DNA of 63,635 nt, the filler included, from Octopus bimaculoides (taxonomy: Eukaryota): assembly GCF_001194135.2 (NCBI RefSeq). It is 5 parts of 4 records of this genome, joined end to end, with 100 filler letters (N's around TTAATTAATTAA, not from the genome) between each part and the next. Parts side by side here need not be neighbours in the genome. Positions count along the whole stretch, not along the records: positions 1 to 24,765 come from NC_068995.1; positions 24,866 to 46,692 come from NC_069003.1; 3 more parts are not named here. One strand, 5' to 3'. Both the position numbers and the translations under genes were made by a program. Positions 14,870 to 28,183 of this stretch are shown in pieces (within the stretch, counting starts at the first letter, position 1; each line of letters opens with the position of its first letter). The notes below the pieces were generated by a model. It saw only the letters and a list, made by a program, of their open reading frames with translations. It did no database searches and was not told the DNA's origin.

Positions 14870-15440
14870 CTAAGGTGTTTACCATTACAGCCCTTAACAT
14901 TTGTGACTTTTGTGATCTAATTTCTATTCTAATGATATTTTTAAGATCTTTGAGGTCACTTGACATAAACTTTATCCTTTAGACAACCCCATGTTAGATC
15001 TACAGAACGATATGGCCAATTTATCTCTGAAAATCGAGAAGTCAATTTTCTATGAAAAATTTGCTGAGCATTTATATTTGTTCCTTGCTATGTGAGCTGT
15101 GGCTCCATCCTGTTGAAGCCATATACCAGGCATATCTCGAATAGCTGGACGTAAGAAGCTCTTGACCATGGAGCGGTATTCATCTTCAGTGACTGTAACA
15201 GTGTCTCCATCCTCATTTTCTAAGAAATAATGTCCTATCACTTTTCCTGAAGTCATCCCACACTTATTCTTGGAAGGTCACTTACTGATCGTTGATCCTC
15301 AAAACGACCAGTTAATCGCCTGACCATTGATTCACTTAGACAATTCATTGCTCCATAATGACGTCAAAATACTCGTTGAATCCGAATTATTTGATCCTTG
15401 GCTTTGGCAATAAAATTTCACAATGTGATCGCTGCTCGGT
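14870..15440 (-). mobile_element. Internally deleted Tc1/mariner transposase remnant
   Basis: The minus strand gives the HTH-like LSESMVRRLTGRFEDQRSVSDLPR, then VIGHYFLENEDGDTVTV...WLQQDGATAH, then NWPYRSVDLT-WGCLKDKVY (a WPPRSPDL-type motif with a deletion). Confidence 0.88.
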
Positions 15441-16582
15441 AGTATGCTTTTCCAAGCTTAAATTTTAGTTTCTTTATATATATATTATAGTCTTCTCCCC
15501 CGCACCCTTTATTTACAGGTTCGTTTTCTTCTTTATTCACATATCCCCTGTATTGGTCTCAATTTTTGTCCTTAGTTCAAATATAATTGACCAACTGTAG
15601 AGATGGATAGACTTTGGTCAATTCAATTGCGGACAACAAGTGGTGGTCTCTACAACATTCAGTAAGTATACCATTATAAGAACCCTACGGTTGTTGGTAA
15701 ATATTCTCTTATTTTAGTGCTAACTTCATTTCACTACTATTCAGACATCTTGGTTCTCCCTTTATGTAGAAATAATCCGTAAATACTTCTCTAGACCACT
15801 GCTAGTTCACTATTTTGACTATCGACTCCAAAGCTCCACGCTGCAAGATGGTATGATTTTAATATATTACGCCTTCTGGACACTACTCAAGGCCTTGTTC
15901 TTTCCTATAGCCTCTTCCCTTCGTTTATTTTATTTTACGCATTTGCATTCACACTGATGAAGTTCTATGTACTAGATCGAAATTCTTTCGTAAGCACCGA
16001 CTAATATTGTAAGTGGAAACGGTCGTAAGAAATGGTATGTCGTAGAAATGTTATGTCAAGTTTTGTATTAAAAAATAATCCACCGATATGGTCCAATTTG
16101 TTTGTTGATCAAAAGTTTTCTCCATTTTCTGATTATTTAAATTTGATTACTGATAAACTTGTATTCCTTCTGTTGTCACCTGTACTCTATGAGCATAGTG
16201 TGTCTGCATACCCATGCCCAGGGATAGCACAGGTAATTGGCACTGATAGTAAATACGGATACCTTTATCCCTTAGTTGGTTACTACAACCGCTAACTCTG
16301 CCTACCTATATATGTATACATGCCTACGTACACACACACGCACAGATATTAAGGTTCTCACTAGTGTGAACTGTGAATTACAGCAATGCACCATAAAAAA
16401 AGACTTCTAAATCCAGTTTCTTAGAGGGGAAATAACTTGTACTCAGACCTAAGACTGCGTGAGGCGCTACTGTGAGAATCTTCGTCGCCTTCGGAAAGAG
16501 AACAAGAAAATATGGGTAGCAGAATAAATGTTACACATAATCCACCGACGCCTACATATATTTACATACACAAACGTATGAG

Positions 16583-16624
<42 letters not shown>

Positions 16625-17409
16625 TACAAATACATAGGCGCAGGCACATATGTATGTATGCACACATTCCAGTATATACATGGATAGACGTATGCTAAAC
16701 ATATGGAAATAAGCACGTAAAAATAATATTTATGAACATAGAGCTGAATATTTAGCCATGTATACATAACGAGTTGATGCGATAATATGGATACCTTGAT
16801 AAATATGCGCATAAATTACGGTGCTGTGTCATAGAGTGCAATCAATGAAAGCATTGAAAAAATTATAGCTAAGTATAACAGTGATTTTACGCTGTTCTTG
16901 TGAGTACATTATGTGCTTACTCATGCATTGAACACATGATCACAAAGCCTCTCCTATATATTATAAAGGCCCCAAGAAGAAATCCTTATTGGCTTCATAC
17001 ACCTGAATTTATGCCATCATGCATGGAGACGACATCATAAGTTCCATTGTTTGCTGAATACAGCAGTTAGGTTCTATAATGATAGAAGTTATATTGTGAT
17101 AAGCAATTTTCTCCCCATTTAGATTGATGCATGGTTTACATAGTGGAGAATAAACGCATAGAGCTGCAAACACACTCGCGCACACACAAGCGCAGATGCA
17201 TACACACATAGGCATAGGCACAGAAGCACGCACACATGCACGAAGGCATATTGCTGTGCGACAATGCACACTTGTTTATATATGGAGACACATACATATA
17301 GGCATAAAATAGGTGTTTATAAAGCTAGATGAATAGACAGATAGATAGATATACAAACATAAACAGACACTACAAATATGTATATTCATGCATACATACA
17401 CATATAACC

Positions 17410-17450
<41 letters not shown>

Positions 17451-18297
17451 CATATATATATATCATATATATATACACACATATATAAATATATGATATA
17501 TATACATACATATATGTATGTTTGTGTGTGTGCGTGCGTGTAATTATATATACATTTTGCTATACATATGCATGCATACAAATGTGTGTGTATACAATTA
17601 ATGAATATAATAAATATATAGATTACTATACATATTTCTACGAGAACGCAATCACGCACGCACGCACGCCCGCACGCCCGCCCGCACACACGCATGCACG
17701 CATGCACACACATATATATATATATATACTTAGTTACGTAGGCGTGTACATATACTATACGTACACGTTAACACATGCTCGTATAATCAATAACTATAAG
17801 AGTGACCATAATAACTGCAAAAATCGTACATATTTCTATTTGCACGCGTTTATATGCAATGTCTGTGTTATGTCTCCGCAGTGAAGAATGCCTTACAAGC
17901 TTTGCAATTCACTTTCAAAAGACGAAGGCGAGGTTATAACAGAAAACTAGGGACTTATTAATTGGCATCTTATTTTCTATGAAATGGGTTTCCATGGAAA
18001 TGGAACAAAACCAAACTCCATCCTTCCCGATAACTGAATGCATGAATACACACACACACACACGCAAACACACACACACACACACACACAGGCACACACA
18101 GACACACACACACACACACATACATACAGACACCCACAAATCTATTTACTTGTAAGTGTATATGTAAGCTTGTGCGTATAAATACACTCACACAAGCACG
18201 CATATATNNNNNNNNNNNNNNNNNNNNNNNNNNNNNNNTATATATATTGGTATATATATTTATATGTATATATATATTTATATATATATATATATGT

Positions 18298-18338
<41 letters not shown>

Positions 18339-18839
18339 GAAAGAGAGAGTGCGTAGATAGATAAATAGATATATGATATATTTACATATGCATTTGTCAC
18401 ACATAACACCTATTCCTAGAATATCTGTGCAAGTACATGCAAAATTAATTCATGATAGTGGTTAGGTATTTCAAAATCCACTAAAATAAATATATACTGT
18501 GCAATCCCGGTTGAAATAATAATCAATAGTAGAGCGAAAGGCTATTGGATAGAGACTTTCAACAAATTTCATTGAAGTCCCTTACACTTTATGTCTTAAG
18601 AGACCTGCTGGAAACCGTGTAATCCTTTACTTTACGCAGGTGAATCTGGAAATATCGAACATGCATAGCTGTTATAACGTCGATTGAGATGCCTTGCGGT
18701 ATTTGATCTGGTTGTCTGCATTTTGCATTCAAATTCCTGGGAAGTCAAACGTGCCATACCTTATTTTTTGTGGGGCTGTAAATGATGAGAAGCAATGGAA
18801 TACAAAAGCCAATTCATTATACCACTCACTTTCCTCCAG

Positions 18840-19034
18840 TCACTTAGAATGAGGTATAGACGACAAGGTGAAGTCTTGCAAAAGCAAAAGGACAAAGGCA
18901 GCTATAAACCCAGTACCTTTGTATTCAGCCAACATACTTTCATGACAAGCTTATATACAATGCATTTCAAAGCAAATTTCAAAGTGTCGTTTTTTGATCT
19001 TGTGGCGCAACAAGGAAGAAAGGATGGAGAAATG
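18840..19034 (+). CDS. Candidate internal exon
   Basis: Acceptor actttcctccAG and donor gaaatg|GTGAGG enclose 65 open codons (SLRMRYRR...GRKDGEM), phase 0-0, compatible with the 20574 exon. An alternative minus-strand exon reading also exists here. Confidence 0.25.
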
Positions 19035-20408
19035 GTGAGGTCATTGCTTTTTTTATTTTCTTTGTTATGCTCTTCGGCAGCTCTGCTCAGTAGTCCTTTT
19101 TCTCACAGAGCGACCTTAGTGTGACCATCAAATCCATTCAGACAATTATTCTGGGATTGCCTTATTCAAAATGTTCTTCAATTAAAAAAAAAAAAAAAAA
19201 AACACGAAAAAAACATGCAGATCCTGGTTTACAACTTGTCGAGCGTTCATGTAGGGACTGCGTCGATTGAAAATAACTTGGGAGATCATATGTCTGTGAA
19301 CTTTGTACAAGCATTTGAATTGATTATTTCAGGTTAATGAATCCTTCATTGATGTTATAATCTGAAAGGTAGTTCCCCCATCTGATAATCTACCTAATCA
19401 ACTTACATATCAAGTGTCTTCACTGCTGAGTCATAAATGCACTGCTAACTTGCACACAGGCAATTATCTTTGGTGCCTGAACAGAGAAATAAAGGGAATC
19501 ATTAAAAGTCGAGATACATTTCATGTAAAAATGATAGCTAACCCAGTTACAGTGATATAAATATGTAACACACACATATACAGAGAAATACAAACGTACT
19601 TATATACACACACGCATACATATGCATACACACCAACGTACATAATTACGTACATACATACATACAAGGATATATATATTCATTTAAAATGCAGAGATGT
19701 CTATAATAGGACATCTACTCGCTAGAAATAGCAGCAAAAGACTACATACCACAAAAATTAGGGATAATTTCGAAAGGAAATGAAAAATAAAAACTTTTAC
19801 CAATCTATATTCTGTACCATGGTTTCAAGTCAATTTTAGTAAGATAAAGATTATATATCTTACAAGGTCGGACTATCGTCAGCAGAAATGACCAGACAAC
19901 ATATGAAGCACGAGTCAATACGCAGCATGGTTCGTGTTCCTATGTCTAATTTTTCAAAATATACCGCGTATTTGCGGTTTACCTAATCGGCAGCAAATAC
20001 AAAAATGCAAAAATGCCGAAAATTCCTTCAGAAAATCATCCAAAAAGAATTTTATCATTATTAATAAATTATAGGGNNNNNNNNNNNNNNNNNNNNNNNN
20101 NNNNNNNNNNNNNNNNNNNNNNNNNNNNNNNNNNNNNNNNNNNNNNNNNNNNNNNNNNNNNNNNNNNNNNNNNNNNNNNNNNNNNNNNNNNNNNNNNNNN
20201 NNNNNNNNNNNNNNNNNNNNNNNNNNNNNNNNNNNNNNNNNNNNNNNNNNNNNNNNNNNNNNNNNNNNNNNNNNNNNNNNNNNNNNNNNNNNNNNNNNNN
20301 NNNNNNNNNNNNNNNNNNNNNNNNNNNNNNNNNNNNNNNNNNNNNNNNNNNNNNNNNNNNNNNNNNNNNNNNNNNNNNNNNNNNNNNNNNNNNNNNNNNN
20401 NNNNNNNN

Positions 20409-20468
<60 letters not shown>

Positions 20469-20573
20469 TGTGTGTTTGTATGTATACTAGACTACCAGTG
20501 ACCTATTGGGTTACGTGGAAAATTTGAGTTTCCCTGCAACAGAGTTTTATTTCGTGGACATTCTCTTTTCCAG

Positions 20574-20689
20574 GTTATTTCGTATGCTTTTAACGAATGT
20601 GACATCGAAATCACGCGTAAACGGCTCCTTTACCCAGAAAAGAAAAGATTTGGCCCCTATTTCTTGCACGCTCTGCTACCACATCACAG
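20574..20689 (+). CDS. Candidate internal exon, unidentified gene
   Basis: Strong acceptor acattctcttttccAG and donor cacag|GTACTT. Frame 0 reads VISYAFNECDIEITRKRLLYPEKKRFGPYFLHALLPHH; a second frame is also open. Confidence 0.4.
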
Positions 20690-21406
20690 GTACTTCGGGT
20701 CCTTTATCGCAAATAGTTCTTATGTCGTAGCAGGATGTGCTAGAAATAGCAGCCAAATCTTTGGAGCTGAGATACGTTGAATGTACTCCAAAACATTTTT
20801 GTAATGGTATTCCCTTGGGACGATCTTTCTCTTTGACTCTCAGAACTGTCACCCGGATCAGCCAGATTTGTTCGTTGACTTCTCTCTCTCTTTCACACAC
20901 ACACACACACACACGTCCATTTCGTATAACCATACATACATCTTTCACTTTTTCTTCTTTCACTTTAAAACAAAGGTAAATAAATAAATAAAAATTACGG
21001 AAAGTAATGAACTCTAGATGACAACCGAAAGATCGTCATTCACCTGAAAATAATAAAACAAAAACATTAAAATATTTTCGGCTAAAAGAAAATTTAAATA
21101 TAAATGCGTACTGTACAAGCAGCTTACATTTTTGAAATCACATTCAGCTAAAAATATTTCTAAATGATTAAAATATAGTGTACGTCAAAAAGCCGACGTT
21201 TTTCAGTTCTTGGAGAGCGCGAAGACTATATGTATATATATGTCAGAGATAACAGACGTGTAATGTGTTGATTGGCACACCATGACATTCCTTATATGTG
21301 TGTGTATTCTATATGTGCGTATGTGTGTTGACGTCAAAGAAGCCATGTTTTTTTTTCAAGAAACAACAAACTAAAATTGTGTTTAACCGTTTTCATTAAT
21401 AAATAG

Positions 21407-21446
21407 AGGTCCAGATATCACAAAAATGTGTACTGCATTGCCAAGG
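21407..21446 (+). CDS. Candidate small exon
   Basis: Consensus donor aagg|GTAAGT at 21447 and a weak TAG acceptor. The exon is 40 nt and phase-compatible with the 20574 exon (…HH-R-GPDITKMCTALPR). Confidence 0.25.
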
Positions 21447-21722
21447 GTAAGTATGAAAATTGTTGTGTCTTCGCCCCCAGGCGAAGTAGAATCTCCAAAG
21501 ACATATAAATAGAGGTAGTCTGGCCGTTGTAGGTGTGTTGAGTAGCAGTCGAGTAGCAGTTGTGTAGCGGTTGAGTAGAGATCATCCGAAGGTGCTAGAT
21601 AGCAGTAGCATTGAAGCATAACAAAAATAAATATGCAACAAAAGAAATTAAGATAAAATATACTATTTCTGAGTTATTTCGCGTACACACAAAATCTCTA
21701 GAGGTTTGGTATTATTAAGGTA

Positions 21723-21785
<63 letters not shown>

Positions 21786-21819
21786 TTTCGGAGAGCGTTT
21801 TCCTGTCATGTCCACTTTT

Positions 21820-21972
21820 CGACTGAACAGGATCACGGGACGATGGTATCCCGGATACCCAATGCGCATTTGTAGTGTCGATATTCACCGAGTTCGGCTA
21901 TTCGCATCAGTGCATGTAGATAGCCACGGTTATCATCGACGGACAAGCCGAGTGATTCCTCGTTCAGGATTT
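21820..21972 (-). pseudogene. Decayed 5.8S rRNA gene
   Basis: The plus strand contains CAATGCGCATTTGTAGTGTCGATATTCA and TCATCGACGGACAAGCCGAGTGATTC, matching the reverse complement of conserved 5.8S motifs (GTGCGTTCGAAGTGTCGATG; TCATCGACGCACGAGCCGAGTGATCC). Length is about 150 nt and the order relative to 18S is correct. Confidence 0.85.
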
Positions 21973-22433
21973 TCGCTACTTGCTACTGCTGCTGACTTCT
22001 ACGGTACTTCTCAAACGTTACACGCTCATTGCCTGCGAAGGTAAAAAAATATTATTGAGCGGTGCCAAAGGATCATCCCGTGATCATTGCCCCTCGCTGC
22101 GACGGCTGGAGAGGCTCTGACGGACACGGGAAAGGATGAGCCAAAAATAGATAAAAGAACAAAAAAATGAAAAGAAGCCGACTGTTACTTTGTCTCGCAA
22201 GTTGGCTGTGCGTGTGTTGTCGGGTGAGCGCCGACGGGATTGGACGGGGAGCTTGCGGAAGGCCAAATGACGGAAGGCCAAATGACGGAAGGTCAAATGG
22301 CTGTAGGCCGTCACTAGTACACCGTAAGAGTGTCACGAAGGCAAGTGGACCCCACCACGCTGATGAGATGAAACGATCTCGGCTGGGACAGCGGCAGATG
22401 ACTACTGCTGCTACAAAGCCGCACGCGAACCGG
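21973..22433 (-). pseudogene. ITS1 of the rDNA fragment
   Basis: GC-rich spacer of about 460 bp lying exactly between the 18S 3' end and the 5.8S-like segment. It contains a 15-mer (GGAAGGCCAAATGAC) repeated about three times. Confidence 0.8.
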
Positions 22434-22750
22434 TAATGATCGTTCTGTAGGTTCACATACGGAAACTTTGTTACGACTTTTACTACTTCTAAGCGATCGG
22501 GTTTGGTCGTCATTCCGGGCCATGAGAGAACGTGCCGACGACAATGAGGAACGCTGCCGCACTTAAGCGGACTCGTCGGCTTGATCCAAGGAACTCACCG
22601 GACTGTTCGATTGATAATAGTAGCACACAGTGTGTACAAAGGGCATAGACGTGATCGACGCGGGCTGATATCCCTCGCTACCGGGAGTTCCTTGTTCACG
22701 GGGTTGGTTCCAATCCCTCTCACGGAAGGTGATTCAGAGGTTTTCCTCAC
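22434..22750 (-). pseudogene. Decayed 3' part of the 18S rRNA gene
   Basis: The plus strand reads TAATGATCGTTCTGTAGGTTCACATACGGAAACTTTGTTACGACTTTTAC, which has 5 mismatches in 47 nt to the reverse complement of the universal 18S 3' end. GTGTGTACAAAGGGCA..GACGT.ATC.ACGCG.GCTGAT follows at the expected place. The fragment is truncated at a microsatellite. Confidence 0.92.
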
Positions 22751-24346
22751 ACGTGCGCGCGTGCACATACAATTGTATGTATGTATGTATGTATGCATGC
22801 ATGTGTGTATGTATGTATGTGTGTGTATGTGTATGTATTTATATAACATTTGATAGAGAAGAGACTATTTTTTATTTATATAGCAACACAAGAAAGTTTA
22901 ACATTTTAATATATTTGAGAAAGTCTCAAAAAGCGAGACATTTTGGTACTTATAGGCAAATAATTTCATGGAATATGTTATATAGGATACATTTAACAGA
23001 TTCAGCCTAACTATGCGATAAGATAACACCATGAGTATAAAGACACTGCATCACGCAGTCAACAATAAAACTAAGGAACAGCCTCATGCAGGGAACTTTA
23101 TGCATGCTCCCTGGACAAATATTACTTTGGAAAAAGAAAAGTTTATGAGTTAGACGTCATGTCTAAAAAAAACCAGTCAAGCAGAAATGCTTTCAAGTAA
23201 TATAGCCATGATATAAGGGAAATTTAAAGAAAGAGGCAATGCTACAAAATTTTGGCGGGCACTACATATTCGCTGACTACATCTAGAATTGAAAAGATAA
23301 TGTTTGGGTCTAAACTATTTAACAGAAGATCCTTCCAATATTCAGATGCTTTTGAACTAGGAGAAAACTTGAAGCAAAACCATTGAGAACAGACAATGAG
23401 ATATTCCACGAAGATGAATATATTCAAAGCCATTTATATGCATATAGAAAATATCACTTCAACCAACTAGGATTACATATTCGCACAAATATCTGATATT
23501 ACTACATCTCAGATATTATATTTATGCTTCCTCTCGCAAAAAATGTTCGTCTTTTCTTTGCCTACACTATATTGCCCGTTTCTGTTCCTCTCTTCGTCGA
23601 TATTATGTTGCACCTACTTAGGGAATTTCATCTGAGTTAAACACTGATACCATTGTCGGTTCATCATCCTGCAACTACTAGGAAATATACTACATTGTCT
23701 TTACATTGAAGTCAGTATTCAAACTATAAAAAATAGCTCATAGCTTCTGGAAATAAGTTGACGGAATTTGGTAAAAGGAAAACAAAATCTTTTGAAAATC
23801 TTTTCCATATTTTTCTATTGTGTGAAGAAAGGCAGGACGTCAAGATCGGGATCACGAAAATAATGTAACCTATATTATAAATTAACTAGTATTGCTTTAT
23901 AAAAAACACAAACAAACATGTAAGACTTAATTCAGATGAAAGTGTGTAAATTCCGCCGACCATTTATACTAATAGAATTAGGCATTTCTCCGTCTATTGC
24001 AGTTTTGGAATATACATAATAATCACTAAATACTCATGAACGCTGTATTCAAAACAAAATTTCACATATAAAAAATACTGTTAAGGTAGCACATGTCGAC
24101 TTAAAGTAATTGGCTTGTATTATCTAATATATTTAATGCAAATACACTGAATATTAAGAAGCTTTAATGAATCTGCTTGTGTTAAGTTACTGAAGAAATT
24201 CAATAGAATATGCATGTATGTTTCTTTCAGCTATATGTGCATATTCCCATTGACCAAAAACTTATGCTTCTATGGAATAGATAATTACCAAAAAAAAAGA
24301 ATGCATGAGGTCCAAAAACACATACATACACACATGCAAACTACGC

Positions 24347-24383
<37 letters not shown>

Positions 24384-24731
24384 TATATACCTACCAGGTT
24401 TATGAATATTTATTTGGTATTTCCTTGCTCGGATAAGAAAGAAGAATGCGACAGAGTGCATCACATGTGGTGTTATTTTGCGTGACACAACATCATTCTT
24501 AGGAAAATTAGCATGCCGACTCAGCAAAGTACAATATGGAACTACGAACAGCAACATCAATTATTATTTGTAAACTACGCAACTCACATAAACCCTAGCG
24601 CATCCAATTATCTGAGTGTATGTGTATAAGATTTTTACTGGCACTATCCATTTATTGATAGCCTTTTCCAACAATTTTCTATAGAAGCATATGTATATAA
24701 CTGAGTTGCAATTTCGTACATATACATATAT

Positions 24732-24765
<34 letters not shown>

Positions 24766-24809
24766 NNNNNNNNNNNNNNNNNNNNNNNNNNNNNNNNNNN
24801 NNNNNNNNN

Positions 24810-24821
24810 TTAATTAATTAA
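24810..24821. other. Artificial scaffold-join linker TTAATTAATTAA (also at 46737-46748, 56382-56393 and 59910-59921)
   Basis: An identical 12-mer with stops in all six frames, centred in an N spacer of the same design (44N + 12 + 44N at the first site), four times. Confidence 0.93.
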
Positions 24822-24865
24822 NNNNNNNNNNNNNNNNNNNNNNNNNNNNNNNNNNNNNNNNNNNN

Positions 24866-24897
<32 letters not shown>

Positions 24898-25779
24898 ATA
24901 TATAAATGTTTGTATGTGTGCTTGAAAGAATGTTCTACAACATTTGGCTTTAACGTTTTGCAAATATGTTGCATATGTGTTAAGCGGTCTCATGCATTTG
25001 ATGGCGTGTGAGAGTGAAGTGGGGAAGGTGCGATGGGGTCGAATGTAATATCTCGGAAAGATATATATATGTGTGTATATGTAGAAATGTATGTATACAT
25101 ATATGTGTGTGCATTTGAGTGTGGAGAGAGGGAGTCAGATAAGTAGAGAGAGAGAAAGAGAAAGAAATAGAGAAAGAGTGAAAGAGAGAATGAAATTGAG
25201 AAAGAGCGAGGGAGACAGAGAGAGAGAGAGAGTGAAAGAGGGTGAGAGAAAGAGGCAGAGAGAGTAGAAGAAAAACACAGACTGATAGGAGGAGAAAGAG
25301 ACAGTGTATGAGAGAAGGAAAGAAAGAAAGAAAGAAAGAATGAAAGAAAGAAATAAAGAGGGGGAGACAAGAATAGGAGAAAGTGTGAAGGAGAGAGGAG
25401 AATGAATGCCGACGCTTCCACTATGACCGCAATCCTGCGGACACTCTGTAGTGTTTCTGAAATTTCGTGTTATGAAGATCAAAGGACATCAGTTGATGGT
25501 GAAGAGATGAGCTTTTTCTTTTTTCTTTCTAAAAAAAACTGGTTCGAGCGGTTTTTGGTGTGTGTAAGCAGTAACCAGAGATGGCTACCGCCTAATTGCT
25601 TCAATAAGCATGTGGATTTCATCCAGCCGAATATCAGGAGGGGATTTACAAGGGAGAGTACTTGGATCCAATAAGGGATTAATAGAACGAGAATCTCGTT
25701 AATGCATACTTTCATTTAATGGATACTGTCGATTTAGCTCATAATTGATGCACTTAACCTCTCCGTAGTTCTCTCTTTG

Positions 25780-25819
<40 letters not shown>

Positions 25820-26537
25820 TCTTTCTCTTTCTCTCTTGCTTACTCCCTCTCTCCGTATTTCTCGGTTATTCTTTCTTTGTAGTTCGAGCAGAACCCGATC
25901 TTTAANNNNNNNNNNNNNNNNNNNNNNNNNNNNNNNNNNNNNNNNNNNNNNNNNNNNNNNNNNNNNNNNNNNNNNNNNNNNNNNNNNNNNNNNNNNNNNN
26001 NNNNNNNNNNNNNNNNNNNNNNNNNNNNNNNNNNNNNNNNNNNNNNNNNNNNNNNNNNNNNNNNNNNNNNNNNNNNNNNNNNNNNNNNNNNNNNNNNNNN
26101 NNNNNNNNNNNNNNNNNNNNNNNNNNNNNNNNNNNNNNNNNNNNNNNNNNNNNNNNNNNNNNNNNNNNNNNNNNNNNNNNNNNNNNNNNNNNNNNNNNNN
26201 NNNNNNNNNNNNNNNNNNNNNNNNNNNNNNNNNNNNNNNNNNNNNNNNNNNNNNNNNNNNNNNNNNNNNNNNNNNNNNNNNNNNNNNNNNNNNNNNNNNN
26301 NNNNNNNNNNNNNNNNNNNNNNNNNNNNNNNNNNNNNNNNNNNNNNNNNNNNNNNNNNNNNNNNNNNNNNNNNNNNNNNNNNNNNNNNNNNNNNNNNNNN
26401 NNNNNNNNNNNNNNNNNNNNNNNNNNNNNNNNNNNNNNNNNNNNNNNNNNNNNNNNNNNNNNNNNNNNNNNNNNNNNNNNNNNNNNNNNNNNNNNNNNNN
26501 NNNNNNNNNNNNNNNNNNNNNNNNNNNNNNNNNNNNN

Positions 26538-26575
<38 letters not shown>

Positions 26576-26598
26576 GTATACATGCATATATATATATA

Positions 26599-26632
<34 letters not shown>

Positions 26633-27194
26633 TGTGTGTGTACATACATATATATATATGATCCTTAAGTTTATCCTCGTAACGTAAGAAAGGATGACCT
26701 GATGCAGTTCCAAAGCTGACTACACAACTACTGTTTGGGGAGCCTATCATCTTTTATTCGAACGAAGTAGCTTGCTCGTCTCGCTTGTGTCTTCATTAAA
26801 AAGAGCTAAAATTCCTGCTATGTTACATCGTTGTAGACTGACTTTTTCTAACATGATATCGCCATTTGATACCGCAGATTGTGCATGTATGTATCGATAT
26901 ATTGATGGATATATGAAGGTGTATCGATATCTTTATGTGTATTTTCCGTCATACAAGTTGATGTAATTTATAATTTGAGGTAAATTTTTTTCAGTCAAAT
27001 CCCTTTTAGTCTATACTCATCGTATGAATCGACTCTCCCGCATAACCCATTCTGCCAGAGAGTTTTCTTTGCTATTATTTTGTAATTGGATTGGCATTGT
27101 TGTTCATTGACTTGTATAAAATAAACTGTTTACATGATCCTATACACACTATTATAGGCACCACTATAAGTATGGGGAAATATAGGTGGAAGAT

Positions 27195-28066
27195 ATTGTT
27201 AGTCGATTGCATCCACCCCAGTGCTTGGCTGGTACTTGTCTTCTTGATACCAAAAGGGTGAAATCAAAAGTTAACCTAAGTGGAAATTGAACTCGGAACG
27301 TAAAGGCGGAGTAAATGTCGCTGAGAATTTTCCCTCGACATGTTAACGATACTACCTACTCGTCGCTTTCCAAACTATGTAAAAAATATCAGAAATTTGT
27401 TTTTGTTTTTAATTTGGCGCACTTCGAGTATAAAAAACAGTTGTAAGATTTTGGTCACTGGTTCTTATTGAGAAATCGGGACGTCATCAGGGAAGGGTCG
27501 AGTCACCAGAGCTTGCACAGGGAACAGAAGGGGAGTGGAAGATTTCGCAGTAGAATGAAAATAAAAAAAAGTTTTCATTTGAAACATTTAATGATTTCAA
27601 ATTTGATTTTTGTTATTAGCCTTTATTATGGCAACGTTCTGGCAGAATCGCTAGCTGCCGGGCAAAATGTCCAGTGGCATTTCATCTGTCTTCACATTAT
27701 CAGTTCAAATTCCGCTGGGGTTGACTTTGCTTTTTGTCGCTTCTAGGTCTTTAAAATAAGTACCAGTGAAGCACTGGGATCTTTGTAATCGGTTTACTCC
27801 CTCCCGCGAACGTGCTGGCCATGTGCCAAAACTTGATTTTTAATATAAGCCTTTATGAAGGCGGCGAGCAGGCAGAATCGTTACCGCACCGGAAAAAATG
27901 ATTAGTTGCATTTCATCCATTAGATTCTGAGTTCAAATTCGACAGAGGTCAAATTTGCCGTTCATGGATAATAAAATGAATATCAGTTGAGAACTGAGTT
28001 CAATGTAATTGACTTGCTCCCTGCCCCCAACCCCGAAATTGCTGGCTTTGTGCCAAAATTTGAAAC
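27195..28066. mobile_element. Cluster of three SINE family A copies (27195-27370 minus; 27628-27830 plus; 27857-28066 plus)
   Basis: Each carries the GCAGAATCG...GTTCAAATT...AAGTACCAG blocks. Confidence 0.8.
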
Positions 28067-28183
28067 CGAAGTTTACCTTTATTTACGATTAAAATCGCAC
28101 ATCAACATGGACAGGTATTAAGTGTGCAGAGAATTAGCAGTTAACTAAAATTGTTTTGTATTTCTGAGATGAGGAATTCTGTA

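Noticed and set aside
15945-15990. CTGATGA-A-GTTCTA..TAGATC-GAAA hammerhead-like motif
   Set aside because: Stem II has a mismatch, and no stem III/NUH or stem I can be formed; at best a heavily decayed relic.
21820-22750. Functional rRNA genes, and the ORFs called in this region
   Set aside because: The fragment is truncated and mutated at invariant positions; the ORFs are by-products of GC-rich rDNA.
24810-24821. Conserved palindromic element TTAATTAATTAA
   Set aside because: It is always centred in an N spacer of the same design; it is an assembly linker, not biology.
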